This document shows, piece after piece, positions 36,965-50,256 of a stretch of DNA of 64,000 bases; positions within the stretch are counted from its first letter, which is position 1, and each line of letters begins with the position of its first letter. Source of the DNA: Dicyema japonicum (lineage: Eukaryota; Animalia; Dicyemida); assembly GCA_011109175.1 (NCBI GenBank), contig RDEW01000015.1, positions 1,142,868 through 1,206,867 on the forward strand. Direction: 5' to 3'. The notes under the pieces were generated by a model, which was not told where the DNA came from, searched no databases, and worked only from the letters and a program-made list of their open reading frames with translations. Position numbers and translations under genes: made by a program.

Positions 36965-38296
36965 TTAAATCATCATTCCAGGAAAGAAGACCTGACCACC
37001 ATGAACAAAGTCGGTCAAATAGAAAGCAACCCCAGCCATTCCTAGTATAGAATAACATTAAAACCTTCAAAGAGTGAATATTCCCTATCAGCAGAAGGGA
37101 AGTGTTCAATTGGTGTGTTAATAACATATTCAGTAAACTTATAATAATATAAAGACAAACCTTCCAAGCTCTATGTAGGAAGAGAGGATTATCAGTAATA
37201 TAGTACAAATGAATAAATGAATATGCATTACCACATATTCCATGACACAAACCAGGTCCTTTTGTAAGTAATCCTCTTTTCCAGACAACATCACTGTATT
37301 CAATAGCTGATTGTAAATATTTATTATTATTGGTCATCTTATAAGCAGCCAAACACATGTATATACTACCAGCAGCTCCATGACACCATTGAACTAATCG
37401 ATCACTATTTGAGTCAATCGAAGAAGGACTATTCCACTAATAAAGTTTAAAGAAATTAATTGATCAACTGATGACATTACAAAGTCATGACTCTGTGATA
37501 TTAGTCCACTCTATGATTATATAATATATTTACCATTATTGAGTGAATAATAATAGTTAGTATACCTGACACTCCATGTGCAGCTCCCAAATATTCTTTA
37601 TGCCATGAATACATCAAATCCACTGGACTTTTTACTAATAGTGAGTAATCCCTTCCAGATTGAATAATAATGTGACAACCAATATAATTAAATTATTATA
37701 CTTTATTCAATACACTAATAATATTAATATTTGGAATATGTTTATTTACAAATAACAATGAGAATACGAACCCACTCCATCCATAAAGTAACTCATTCTC
37801 ATCAGGTCTGTTCTGTCTTATAGATTTGGCAATATTAACAAGTCTTAAAATAAGTAAATATCAAAACTCTGATATACAATTGTTTGAACCATCAAAATTC
37901 CCAAGGTGATGTAAGATCACAGCCTTTATAGCTAAATTTCCAGAATTACCGAGCAAAAATGATGTGTCATGCCTATTTGGTTTACAATTAGATATTTCCG
38001 ATAATGCCATATTAATGTAATGATTACTTCCAGTTTTAAACCACAAATGCAAATAAAGATAAGCAATCCCTACAATCTAATAACAATAAACCTGCAGTAC
38101 CAGTATAAACAGACCCATCTTCTCTATCTCTTTTACGGTTTTTAATTATATTAATAATTCTGTTAATATAATTATTTATTTTGGATGATATTTCATCTGA
38201 CTTAAAATTAAATTTAAAAATAACAAGTTTACGACCTATTCCATCTTCTAACACACCATTGAAATCATCAAAAGTATTCTCCACATATCTTGCCAT
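36965..38296 (-). CDS. LANCL: LanC-like protein (LANCL1/2 family), multi-exon
   Basis: DGSVYTGTAG, SFLLGNSG, ELLYGWSG, YLGAAHGVSG, LVQWCHGAAG, KGPGLCHGICGNAY, YSLFEG|MAG (23-nt intron); stop at 36965. Confidence 0.92.
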
Positions 38297-38369
38297 AATA
38301 AATATATTAAAATTTAAATTAATTTAATTATTTATAGCGATTTAAAGATGTATTGATATAACGGCAGTC

Positions 38370-38520
38370 TTAAGTACTGGAAAAATATGGATAATTACGG
38401 ATTCGAATCTCGCTGCTCAGCTGAAGGTTCACTCATCTTGGATTGACGAGTGACAACATCATCCTCACTTTGTAGTCAGACTCTCTACTAAAGACACACG
38501 CAACAAAAGAGAATTGGTAA
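38370..38520 (+). mobile_element. Old diverged SINE copy G
   Basis: CGGATTCGAATCTCGCTGCTCAGCTGAAGGTTCA...TTGACGAGTGAC matches the SINE B box and core. Confidence 0.55.
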
Positions 38521-39902
38521 AGGTGACGACTCGCTTTTATTGTCCAATGGCGAATCAGTATTCAAAAAATATGACGGATCGGTATGCTGCTTGTAGGAAA
38601 CAAAGATTGCAGAAAGATGTGACGTGAAAATGGAAATTATTTGTTATAGTCAAAGCTTTTCTATGCATAAGGAAATGTCCCGCGTTTTTAGAGATACTGA
38701 AAAGTTAATAAAAAGATCTTCCTAATATAATTACCTCAGCAAGATAAAATATTTATGCGTATCTACCATCTCCATAAGGCGTGAATGTCGCAGTTGCTTT
38801 TTTTTTGAGAGTGTCATTAATTCCTCTCTATGTAAGGGGTCTAAGTACCTCTAATTTATTTGATTGGGTATATGTGACCTTCGGAATGATATCCTGAACG
38901 CGAAAAAGATTTTTATTCAGAACTAGTGACATAACTACGTCTACTCCAAAACCGAACAGAGCTGAACATAATGGATCCCTTAGATGAACTCCTGAGGGCG
39001 AGGAAATAGAGTAAGATTTGAAGATAGTTGTATACCGAGGGACAGAATGCGAAGCAATCCTTAAGAATAGCATCATCTGTGTATATCAGCAAAAATCCTC
39101 ATGGCAGCGAGGATTCCGCCTTCAGACAGTTTACGGTGTATCGCTCTTCTCAATCGTTGTCGAGACAGTCGATTTACATGTACTGTTTATGGATCTGTAA
39201 ATGTGTTTCTTGGAGTCACCAATAAGTTCCTAGAAGCAATGGATTAAGTGATTTCTCCTCTTTCCCTCTTTCATGTGGTATACGAGCGTGCATGGGAAAT
39301 GCAAAAATATCGTACCTAACCTTCAGAGTCACCTGAACGGACTGCTCTTCAATACACTGGACTGCATTGAGAACCAAATCAGGAGTCTTTGCATGGATGA
39401 CAAGTTTGAAATCAATTTTAGTACTTTGGTACAGGACCACTTGTTCAGAAGATCGGGTGGAGGTGATGATGTCGTATTTCCTGGTAGGAGGCATGAGTGA
39501 CAGTGCCAACTGGTATTGACGTCGAGGGCTCTATTAGTCATTCCAACACACCAGTGGATTAGGCTTTTTCTTTTGTTCATTTTTTGCAGGTTGAACACCA
39601 CAGACGGCAGGTCGTTTAATTTTCTCAGGAAACTGTGACGTCTGGCTACACTCGTCAATTATTCTATCATGAGAAAGATCAATTTCTAGTAAATTGAAAA
39701 AAATTTTGTACTTATGGGAGACAAGGGAATGTTATCGACATGTTATCGAATGTTAATTCGTCAGAAAATGGAGAGCGCACTCTTATCGCAGTAAATGTCA
39801 TCGATAAATAAAAGCCATATAATAAATTTAACGACAAACTCAAATCCAATGAATAATTTTAATAAGGTTTGAAAAATAGTAATATTGGTGTTTAAATAAA
39901 AA

Positions 39903-40238
39903 ATGAAATCAATTAATAACCTTATCGACAGTTACCATGGTAATTACATAAAAGAGCCATTTCCGTATAGTTTAATGAGAAAGATATCGAATAATGATAA
40001 AGTCACTGAGCATAAAAGTAAACTTGGAAAAAAGTCATTCCCTATTAAATACGAGGACATTTTTGTTGAACACAGCATGTATCAGGACAGAAAAAATAGT
40101 ATTGTGGAAAATAGAATCAAAAATGATGTTATGCTAATTGAAAAAGTACGTTTGTTATATTATTTTTAGCAAAAAAATATTGTCAGAAAACAATATGACC
40201 ATGAAATTAAAATGATTAAAAACTACAAAATTAAATAA
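39903..40238 (+). CDS. Hypothetical 103-aa Lys/Ile/Asn-rich protein (2 exons)
   Basis: ATG at 39903; phase-0 24-nt intron 40146-40169 (GTACG...TTTTTAG) restores the frame to TAA at 40238; no recognised domain. Confidence 0.55.
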
Positions 40239-40289
40239 TATTAATTTAATTTAAATATAATATACTTTAAAATATTTAAAAAAATATAA

Positions 40290-41300
40290 CTTTGAAAATA
40301 ATTATTTTATTCTCACTGACTTTATTGATGCGGCTTTTCCTCTCTAGACATCTATGGAGACCCTGATCGAGGCAATACGTCCGAGTTTCTTGAGGAAGAC
40401 CAGGGACATACTGCTCATCGCCTCAGTTGTCTCAACATCAGTCGCGCGGAAGGTATATCGGTCGATGAGTCCTCTGTACTTATTTTCTTTAGCTCTCTAC
40501 TTCCTCTCTGGTGAAAAGTGCCTTTACGGCGCGATGATGTATGTGGTAGACAGAAAGTCGACACATGTTGCATCCCGAACTAACGGTTTTCCCTGCTCGG
40601 ACGGAAAGACTGTTACTTCGTCCGATCGCTTTTCATCTTCCCTGTCCAGGTCAGCAGATTCCAGTATGGAGGGGTGTCCTGCAGACTTTAGTGCGTGTTT
40701 CGCAACATCGTTCAAGTTAGTATGCAGCAGGAATCTCATTACAATTCTTATGCATGAAGGACCTTATGTCCATAAGTGTCGACAATTCCAGTCCATCGAC
40801 AACGAGGAGCCTGGTATATTTTCAACCCCAGACGGATTGGGATCCCGATACGGACCGTCTCATCATCCAGATGCGTGCCAATGATCCCAACTGGGAAGGC
40901 TTATGCTCCGCTTCCTTCAGAACTCCTCGCGATCAGACAGGTGCGTCGGTGTTTATTCATATTTTTAAGTCGCCTCTCAAATTTATTTTCACATTATTTT
41001 ACAGTAGAAAACGAAGACGATTTGCAACATTATCAAATAACGCACTGCACGAAATCAAGAAAACCTAGTTTGCCCGAAAAGGGCTCGATGTGGATACAAG
41101 AGTCTGCATTTACAACACTTTTGTTAAATCAATACTCTTGTAAAACCCGAGTACTTGGGCCTGCACAAGACATGAGCTTGACTCCTCTCACAGATATCAA
41201 TTTCCGCATATCCTATCCTGGAACCACTTCAAACTGCCGTCCGACATTCTTTACGAGAGAACGAAGTGCATAGCACTTTCGTACAAGATCATGGAAATAA
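40290..41300 (-). mobile_element. CRE-like REL non-LTR element 3' relic
   Basis: EKRSDEVTVFPSEQGKPLVRDATCVDFL (RPDG...PW..G..LVWDATC type), KYRGL...VET, RGKAASI; A-rich tail at ~40290. Confidence 0.65.
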
Positions 41301-41783
41301 GATGAAGGCTGTTTTGACATATATTTCGTCTGGACCTGGGGACCTCTGCGAACGTGTCCACGGAGGACTACTTTGTTCTAGGCACAAACACTTTTCTCGG
41401 TTTTATTGAAAAAGTTAAACTTCTATCGTTTATAACATGAGATTTTCTAAAAAGGCGGAATCTTCAGAGAATCCCAAGGGCTATAAGTAAGATCATGGAC
41501 ATAATCCCCACTAGGAACTTTTTGTAAAAAGTAATCCATGACAAATCATAGGATGAACCGCGTCATTGGCATCGGGATCGCTTAAATATTTGATCATCCA
41601 TATGCGTGTGGTTCCTGTGATTGAGAAATAAGTTAGCTTAATCAAGCTTTCACCTCAAAAATTCTGTTTAATGATGATCACTCGAAAAACTATTCATGAG
41701 AAACTACGTTCATAAAGTGTACATTTTTATGCATATTTCTCATGTTAAATAATATTTTCCCGGTGAAAGTACAACAAAAATTA

Positions 41784-42781
41784 CTAAGTCAAATCAATAG
41801 TAAAAGAACATTCTCTAACAGGAAGACGATAACTCTTAACCAACCTACAATGCCTCTCATTCTCTGAGTATTTATGCATGATAATTCTGTGATGAGGAAC
41901 ATGTAACCACTTTTTCCCCAAACCAGGCCATTCCAATCCGTTGTAACTAATCAGACCATTCGTGCACTAAAATTAATATTATTAATACTATTCCTATACT
42001 CCCTGTCAGGGATAATATGCATTTTAAAATATCTCCCAAAACCACCATTTTGGTCATATTTATGAAAAATGGAGCAACAGTGTCCACCACAATCATGCAG
42101 TACCGTTTATAGTCCATATTTGACTGAAAATAATTAAATCATAACTTTAACGCAACTTAAAATCCGTTGGAAGTACAAAAGGAGATCTTCTGATGACCTA
42201 ACACGAAACACGTCGACCCTTCTCAGAATCCTTTACGATCCTGCTCATATTAAAAAAATACAGAAATTTCCAAATTCCTGGACATTTTGGTGAGTAGTCT
42301 CAACAACGTGAGAGGACTAAAATTGCAGCGATTGTCAACGTAGAGAACTGTAGAATTCTCAGTAGAAAGCAGAAGACTGGCCACGGCACTGTGACAAAAC
42401 TTTGATATTATTATGGGAATACTAAGGACTTTCCAGAAAGACTAGATCCACATATCTCCATCAACTCTCCCGTGTAGAATCCCCCATCGATTATTTCATC
42501 AACCCTTCAAAGTTGGGGGTAAATTACAACTTCCAAATTCCAGAAGAAATAAAGGTCTTATTGTCACGTTCCCAGTTTGTCAAATCGTTTAAAATTATTG
42601 AGGAATACTTAGAGAAGGCATAATGACTGTACCAAAGGACATCTCTAAAGGGAATGCTACATATTTGGCTTATTTTTTCAACATCCTGTGATATAAATCG
42701 AATCACATTCCCATAACCATGCTTTACTAATTGGAATAAAATTCTTCTAAACCGGACATCATTATCTTCACATAAACTCAT
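41784..42781 (-). CDS. RAD51D: RAD51 paralog, most like RAD51D, multi-exon
   Basis: DEIIDGGFYTGELMEICGSSLSGKS (Walker A), VLYVDNRCNFSPLTLLRLL, MIVVDTV (Walker B), PGLGKKWLHVPHHRI; one probable 1-nt indel near 42230. Confidence 0.75.
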
Positions 42782-42874
42782 TAATTTAAATACATTTTAT
42801 TAAATATTAATTAAATATATTTGTTAATTGGTTTAATTATATTTTTTATTATTTTTTTTATTAACAAAAATTTT

Positions 42875-43170
42875 TTTTTACAATTAAACAAATGTCAGTT
42901 GAGGAAGCCTGCTGCGTAAATTGCGAACGAGTTCCCTCGGAGTATGGCTATTCCGATCTTTTGTCTTAGCCATAACCCTTCTCGTTGATCCCTTTTCTCT
43001 GGCAAGCAATCCTCCGAGTTCTCGCAAGAACTCAGCCGTCATTGGACCAACGGCTCCCGATGATTCGTCGCAACAGGAGTAAATCGGTAGCGATCCCCGA
43101 GGTAAGAATATTTCTTGATTTTTAGGTTTTCCGCGGTCGAAGCAATAATTATATTGAAATGAGTGCAATA
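42875..43170 (-). mobile_element. CRE-like 3' fragment
   Basis: GAVGPMTAEFLRELGGLLA...KDRNSHTPRELVRNL (shifted RIAIAILRGNS) typical of the REL C-terminus. Confidence 0.55.
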
Positions 43171-43267
43171 AAGTTAATTGAACCAGAACACAATATCCAA
43201 CCCATTGAAAACTTTTTAATCGAACTACAACGGAAACTATTAAAGGAGGCTATTCTACCGAGCTGCC

Positions 43268-43855
43268 ACTATTTACCTCGGACAAAAAATTGGGAAGGAA
43301 GACATTCACCTTGAAGTTAAACAAGGTCGGCATCCCTTTCCACAGATGTCAAAGGATCTTGGGTGTGACAATTGATATGCATCTCTGTTTAACACCTCAC
43401 GTAGAAAACATTCTATTGAAATGCGAGAAGAAACTGAACGTATTGAAAAGTTTATCGGGAATATGGAAGAGTGGTACTCACCCAGTCTTGATGAACGTAT
43501 ACAAACAATACATCGAGCCATGTTTCTCATATGCATGCGCCTCGTGGGGTCCGTCCATATCTTGGACAAATATGAGGAAAATTGAGGAAATGCAAAAGAG
43601 GGCTTACAGAGTAACGGAACGTTGGATTGGTGAAGATCATCGACCCGGACCTACGCCTCTGGAGGCCCTTATGAGACTTGACTCCAGATCACGGGAAATT
43701 GGCCCTGAAAATTCAGGCAGCCGTCCTGTACGTTCATGCGCGGGCACGAAGGAAGAACGACGGGCAAAGATGAGGTCTTTGTTAAAATGCATCGGGATCA
43801 CGTGATAATTAGTTTTGTTTTACCGTGGTCTTGGGTTAAATAAATAAATAAATAA
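43268..43855 (+). mobile_element. Young 5'-truncated LINE with 29-bp TSD
   Basis: ATTAAAGGAGGCTATTCTACCGAGCTGCC at 43239-43267 and 43856-43884; ORF ends ...KCIGIT*; (TAAA)n tail. Confidence 0.9.
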
Positions 43856-44089
43856 ATTAAAGGAGGCTATTCTACCGAGCTGCCCTCTATTCCAAATACC
43901 ATCGAATTATCTACAATCATACAGAAATTTTGAGCCGATGCCATGTCCAATGAGAAGAGCTGTTCAGGATTCTCGACCCCGCTGGACTCGTCCTCACCTT
44001 TGTCGGTCTGGGATCACTTAGTTAGATGAGAACTTTTATTTCTTTCTCTTTGACCCAGTGATCCTGGAAGTAATAATATAATAATAATA

Positions 44090-44945
44090 TTGAAATGAGA
44101 GAAAAAACTGAACGTATTGAAAAGTTTATCGGGAATATGAAGAGTGGTCATGGTTCTCCCGCTGTTTACCTGTGCTTAAGTGAATCTCTTCACACTGACA
44201 TTCAGGGCACTGGGCAGAGAAGCCGGGTGGTATAGTGGTTAGGCGTCGGGCTAAAGTGACTTAGGTTACTGGTTCGATTCTCGCTGCTGTTCACCTGGTG
44301 GAAGGTTCTAGGCATCTACGATGCTAAAAGGGTTTGACGAGTGACGCCGTCATCAGTGGATACTCACTGCGGAACTGGATTGTCTAGAAAGGACCCATAC
44401 ACAAGAAAAAGAAAAAAGAAGTGAAGTTAATTCCTTGGTTCAACGATTAGTTAAAATTAACTGTTCTTTACTTAAATAAAGTGTGTGTCCTGCTTATGCG
44501 GAGCTATAAATATTATGGCTCTCGTGAAAAGGCTATTATTATTATTATTATTATTATGGAAGAGTAGTACTCACCCAGTCTTGATGAACGTGCACAAACA
44601 GTACATCGAGCCATGTTTCTCATATGCATGTGCCTCATGGGGACTGTCCATATCTTGGACTAATATGAAGAAAATTGAGGAAATGCAAAAGACGGCTTAC
44701 AGAGTAACGGAGCGTTGGATTCGTGAAAATCACCGAGCCGGACCTATGCCTCTGGAGGCCCTTATGAGACTTAACTCTAGATCACGGGAAATTGGCCCTG
44801 AAAATTCAGGCAGCCGTCTGTACGTTCATGCTCGGGCACAAAGAAAGAACACCGGGCAAAATGAGGTCTGTTTTGTTAATGCATCGGGATCACGTGATAA
44901 TTAGTTTGGTTTTACCGTGGTCTTGTGTTAAATAAATAAAAAAAT
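44090..44945 (+). mobile_element. Second copy of the same LINE 3' end, interrupted by SINE copy C
   Basis: 44090-44148 and 44555-44945 align nearly base for base with 43420-43855. Confidence 0.85.
44225..44554 (+). mobile_element. tRNA-derived SINE, copy C (longest, best preserved)
   Basis: A box GGTGGTATAGTGG, B box GGTTCGATTC, core, RTE-type hairpin, (ATT)n tail; imperfect TSD TATG(G)AAGAGT(G/A)GT at 44136-44148 and 44555-44568. Confidence 0.9.
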
Positions 44946-45602
44946 AAAAATAATGTTTGACTTTATCACATATTCATGCGTTTGACTATGCATGGGAGGG
45001 CATCTGAACGACCGCGTGGCGCCATGTGGTGCTGCATGGTTGATTGGTTGAAATTTTCTGTTTTTTTTCTCTGTTCCTTCTTTCTCTTCCTATTAGAGTG
45101 GCTTCATGTGATCCATCTGACTAGGTGACGCCCAGTGCCTTGCTGGCAAGAAAAAAGATCATGGAGGGGTTTCCACGACTGCAAGTATAGACGTCTTTTA
45201 CCCTTTATGTTGATTCCGGATGAACTCTATATCTGTAGAAGTGGAAACTAAATACACTAAATTAGTTATTTACTTTAACTTCTTTTTCGGTGTGTCCGGG
45301 GTTAATAAAATAAATAAATAAAATAACGTCTGATGACATCGGATCTGTCAGTCGTGGGTTCGAATCCGAAAGATGTACTTTTCAATCAAGTTCAATTCTC
45401 GTCATATAGATTTCACCCGTGAAGATGTTTTTCTGGAAATATTTGTCGTTTTTTAGTTTCTTAATATTATTAAAAAACTAATATGTAAGGATATTTCACT
45501 ATAAAAAATTGGATTATTTTACAAAATTTCAATTTTTTGATGGTTAACAATTTAAGAATAAAATTTAGGCGCCAAATTTTAATAATTTCACAGTGTTTAC
45601 TG

Positions 45603-48600
45603 ATGGAACAACTATGTAATATATAACTTCTAATATGTAGTAATAAAGTACCCAGAAATCTTTCCATACAATGATTTCAACTATATTCAAAAAGAATCTT
45701 ACAAAGAAATGTTTCACAACGATTCTTCATTTATCCTTCGAGCGCCCACTGGCTCAGGAAAGACTGTAATTTTTGAACTGTCAATTTTAAAACTCTATGA
45801 AAGCTTATCAAATGTGAGTGAGATTAAAGTCTTGTACAGTGAGCCATAATATAACCATGAAAGTTGCTCCCTTGAAAAGTTTATGCAATGAAAGGACATT
45901 GGACTGGCAAAAAAAGTTCAAAAATCTAAACTGTGTCGAAATAACTGGGGATTCCACTGATGCTGTGGATCTCGACAAAACTCAGATAGTCATAACAACT
46001 CCTGTAAGTTTCATAATATATAAATAGGAGAAATTAGAGTTTATAATGAAAAAGAATTTTTCTTTAGAGAGTTAAATCTCATTTTAATAGACGAAGTAAC
46101 TTTGTCATAATCCATAGATTCATACAATTAGTTCTGAAAATCGAGGATCTGTAGTGGAAATTGTGGTAACCAGACTAAAAATGAATAACAAACACGCCCG
46201 TTTTATCGCCGTGTCTGCCACAATAGCAAACGTTGACGATGTATATTTGATAATTAGTTATAGATATCCCTCTGGCTTACTAATAGTGATGACAGACCTG
46301 CAAAATTCTATAGGTGAATGGTTGATCAAATGTTTAGATTTGACGAAAGCAAACGAACGATTCCTTTGAAAAAGGTTGTTCTCGGATATCCCGGATATGG
46401 TCCTGAGTTTAAATTTGATATTTCATTAAACTATAAACTTGGTAATATTATTAAGAAGTATTCAGACTCCAAACAAACCTTAATAGTACTTATAAATGTA
46501 ATAAATAGTTTTGTTCTACCAGAAAGAGCACAATAATGGCCGCCAATGTGCTATTAACTGAGACTTTTGTCACAAATTATGATAAATTGAACGAACTAAA
46601 TTCATTTTCTAATAAAATTAAGGACAAATCCCTCAAAAGTTATAATTTCTATTACAATAGGTTGTATACAAAGGGGAATTGGCTTTCACCATGCAGGACT
46701 CGACTATGAAGACCGTCACTTAGTGGAAGAATTGTTTAAAAGCAGACTATTAGTGATCCTTCGTATTCTCCACTGTAATATATAGTCTGCACGTCAACTC
46801 TTGCTCAGGGAATAAACTTGCCAGCTCATTTAGTTATAATCAAATCAACATTCCATTACAATAATGGCCAAATAAAACCATACGATGACTGGCAGATAAT
46901 GGCAAATGATGGGACGTGCTGGTTCGTCCCCCAATATGATGATAGTGCATGTGCCGTCATTATTACTAGAGATGATCTTGTAATGCAGTACCAACAGTTG
47001 GCCGATGAGGCTCAATCTTTAGAAAGCAGGTTATATACTCAATTATGTTAGACTAATGGACTATTTGGCAGAATATATTAATATGGAGGTCACCATTGAC
47101 ACAATAAGAAATACTAATGAACTTCACGAATGGTTAAAGTCTACATTTCTTTATGTGCGTTGTGTTAAAAATCCCAAATTCTACGGTAAATTAATTTAAG
47201 AATTAAAGGACTTGGATCTTCTACCAGTTCTGTTGGTGAAACTAGGACAGAATTGATAAAAAGATGCGACAATATTATCAAGGAAATGACTAAAGAGAAA
47301 ATAATGGAAATAAATAATGATAAAATTAACAAAACAAGTTTATAAATAATTAAATCAAAAGATCTGGGGATTCTGATGGCTCGATACAATATAAGCTTCG
47401 CAACAATGAAAAAACTCAAGATTATACAAGTGAATAACGGAATAGAAGGATTGGTATATTGCATATTTTATTAAAGATTAAGGTTTTAGTGGAAGTAGTT
47501 GAGTTTGCTGACTATCCACTAAGGCGGAGTGAGAAAAAGATCCTCAATGAGCTGAACAAGTCTAAAAAGAAAGCTTCTATTCGTTTCCCAATCAAGGGAG
47601 GCATCAAGACAACAGGCGATAAAATAAATTGGTTCCACAAACTAATCATTTTTAGCATAATTCAAGCTACCCTTGGATGCATTAAAATAGACGACTTTGG
47701 ACTGTCAAAAGACTCATTTAATATAATCAGGATAGGAAGCAGACTAAGCAGATGTTTGAGTTATATCTCAACCAAGGCTTATTCGAATTACTCTTTGAAA
47801 TTAATAGTGACTACGAGACTGTCAGGTATGCATCAATCCTAGCAAAATGCCTGCAGACGCAACTATGGGAAAATTCTATATATTTAGGCAAGCAATTACA
47901 AGGAATCGGTAAGAATAAGGATAAATAAAATTAGGTCATATATTGTCTATAACCCTGGCCAATTGTGGCCTCACTGATTTCACTAAACTATCAAATTCAT
48001 CATCTGAACATCTTGAAGCTGTTTTATTATTATATGTAGTGGTTAGGCTTTGCATCGAAATCCCCCATTTGGTAAGTCGCTGTTAAAAAAGATCGGTACT
48101 GTTCCTAGGCTGCAGTTAACTCTTCTTCAGATGGTTGAAGTGATAATAATAAATAGCCGCAAAATATAAATTCAATCCAAATTATAATCAAATGTCTAAA
48201 CTATGCAAATTTAAAAACTCGTGAGGGATTTATATATGTATTACTGGTTGGATCACAAAACAACCGATTATTATTACGTCGTAAAATCCAGTAATAAATC
48301 TTAAGATTATTTAAGTGGGAAAGTAATGCATAATGAAGGTGATTGGAGTACTACATTAACCGTACTTGACTCAAATGACTATCCGATTGAGATTAGTCTT
48401 ATTTGTCTACATATGAGTAATCAAAATTTACTATCTTAGGTGGAATCGATATTTTAGTTTCTTATTCTTCCCCTACAGGAGATACGAGTGAAATCAGCCA
48501 TAAGAAAATTAAAAATAGATTAACTATTCCAATGTCCTTAGCTACTCACACAACTGAGGATAACTTTGATATGGATTCTAACGAAACTGTGGCTGACGAA

Positions 48601-49684
48601 ATTAATTTTAACTTAAATTATGATATTTCGTTAGGAGAGATGGATGACAAAAATGTGAACATTTCAGAAAATTACAATACAAACACAAACAAAGAAATAA
48701 ATCAGACTTTCCAAAAAAACTTATTAATTACAGATTACTTTTCTTCAAATAACCAATCTAAAAAGTCTGCAGCCGATTTAAACCCTAAAATTTCCCCCAA
48801 TAATAGAAACCCGCCAAAAACGATGATAAATCAATGTCTTTGGAAATCATTAATCAAACAACTCTCAATCAACAATTAGAGAAAACGGTCAATATAATAA
48901 ATGACAAGCCTGATTCAATAATAGTTGGTAAAGAAACTAATTCACGAAACCAAATTCTCGACAAAGATTATTTGCAAAATGAAAGCTCAATAAATAAAAA
49001 AATCGATAGAATAAAAAAATCAAAAAATAATTCATTACCCCAATGTACAAAAATTGCTTATCAATACAAACAGCCAAACAAATGTTATCAGAAAATACAA
49101 AGAACATAACACAAATTGAAGAAACGCCAATGCAGCAGACAAATAAAAAAGTCTGTAAAACCCTTTCAGATTTGAGAGACCCAACATTTGTCTATCAAAA
49201 TGTTAAAAACGTTAACTCCACCATTCATAGCAAAACAACTGAAAATTCCTCACAAATACCAACTAAAGCAGCAAGCATAGGATATAACATGGGCACAATC
49301 AATAGAGAAGTCATTAATGGAAAATGTGTAAACTCTATGTTGAACACGAATTCAGTAAAAAAGACGAATGATGTCAAAATAGAGCTGATCGACAGTTCAA
49401 ATATTAATGATGTTATTAATGATGAGAAAATTAAGGATAAGATTGCTATAGAGAATATACTAAAGAAATACAAGAATGTTAAAACTAATAATAATTGGAG
49501 AAATGTTTATAGTCAAACAGAGTGTAATGAAGTTCAACAAAATCAAGGATCAATGTCAATCCTTAGAAACGTGGATGCGTTTATTATGAGTAGAAAAGGA
49601 ATTAATGCCAGTATTATGAGTCAAAAACGTAAAAATCAGGAAATGACTACTCCAAGAAAAAAGTTGATGTCATTTAGAAATTAA
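45603..49684 (+). CDS. HFM1: Meiotic Ski2-like DExH helicase HFM1/MER3 with Sec63 domain and low-complexity tail
   Basis: APTGSGKT, APLKSLCNER, IDE|IH (22-nt intron 46096-46117), AVSAT, KVVLGYP...FKFDISLNYKL, IGFHHAGL, STLAQGINLPA, disrupted QMMGRAGRPQYD, Sec63-like IRFPIKG..KT; several indels in the tail. Confidence 0.9.
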
Positions 49685-50256
49685 CTTGTTACAGTTTTGT
49701 TTAGTTTTTTACCAAAATTAATCTTTTGTTTGAGTAATATTGAATTTACTTAATTATCCTAACGATCCATGTAAATATTTGGTAGGGTATGTAAGGTCAA
49801 ATGGATTTTTCTGGGTATACAGTGCATGGAACTTAACCATATTGTTTTACAGGCTAGCTTAATATTGTCAGTTTTTAAAACAAATGAGTTCACCCTTATG
49901 CAAACAATCAATTTACTTAACTTTTATATGACATATGTCCCATATATTTGCATCTGATGATTTCTCCTGATAAAAATCTATTCCAGTGTGTTTATTCTAG
50001 TAAGTTGGAGAGTAAATTTGTCGGGCAATAAGTTACATTTCGGAAGTATTCGTCAGGGAATAACGAATCTGTCGTTCTCAGATACTCTTTTCATACAAAA
50101 AATTCAAATTACGTTTCAGGTGAATTTTTTGTGGATTAACATTCAATTATTAATTCTGACATTTTTGATGCCGCTATGAAAATTTACCGAAACATGAATA
50201 TTTGAGTGTTCCATTAATAATTTAAGATAAGAACGTTACTATTTTCTCAAAGATCA

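Noticed and set aside
42181-42225. CTGATGA-CCTAACAC-GAAAC-AC-GTC minimal hammerhead look-alike
   Set aside because: Stem II cannot pair, stem I is poor, and it lies antisense within a RAD51D exon.
45328-45385. GGTTCGAATCC B box upstream of HFM1
   Set aside because: No A box or cloverleaf; at most a tRNA or SINE fragment.
49700-50250. Possible small spliced gene on the minus strand
   Set aside because: Candidate introns give inconsistent frames and no recognisable product.
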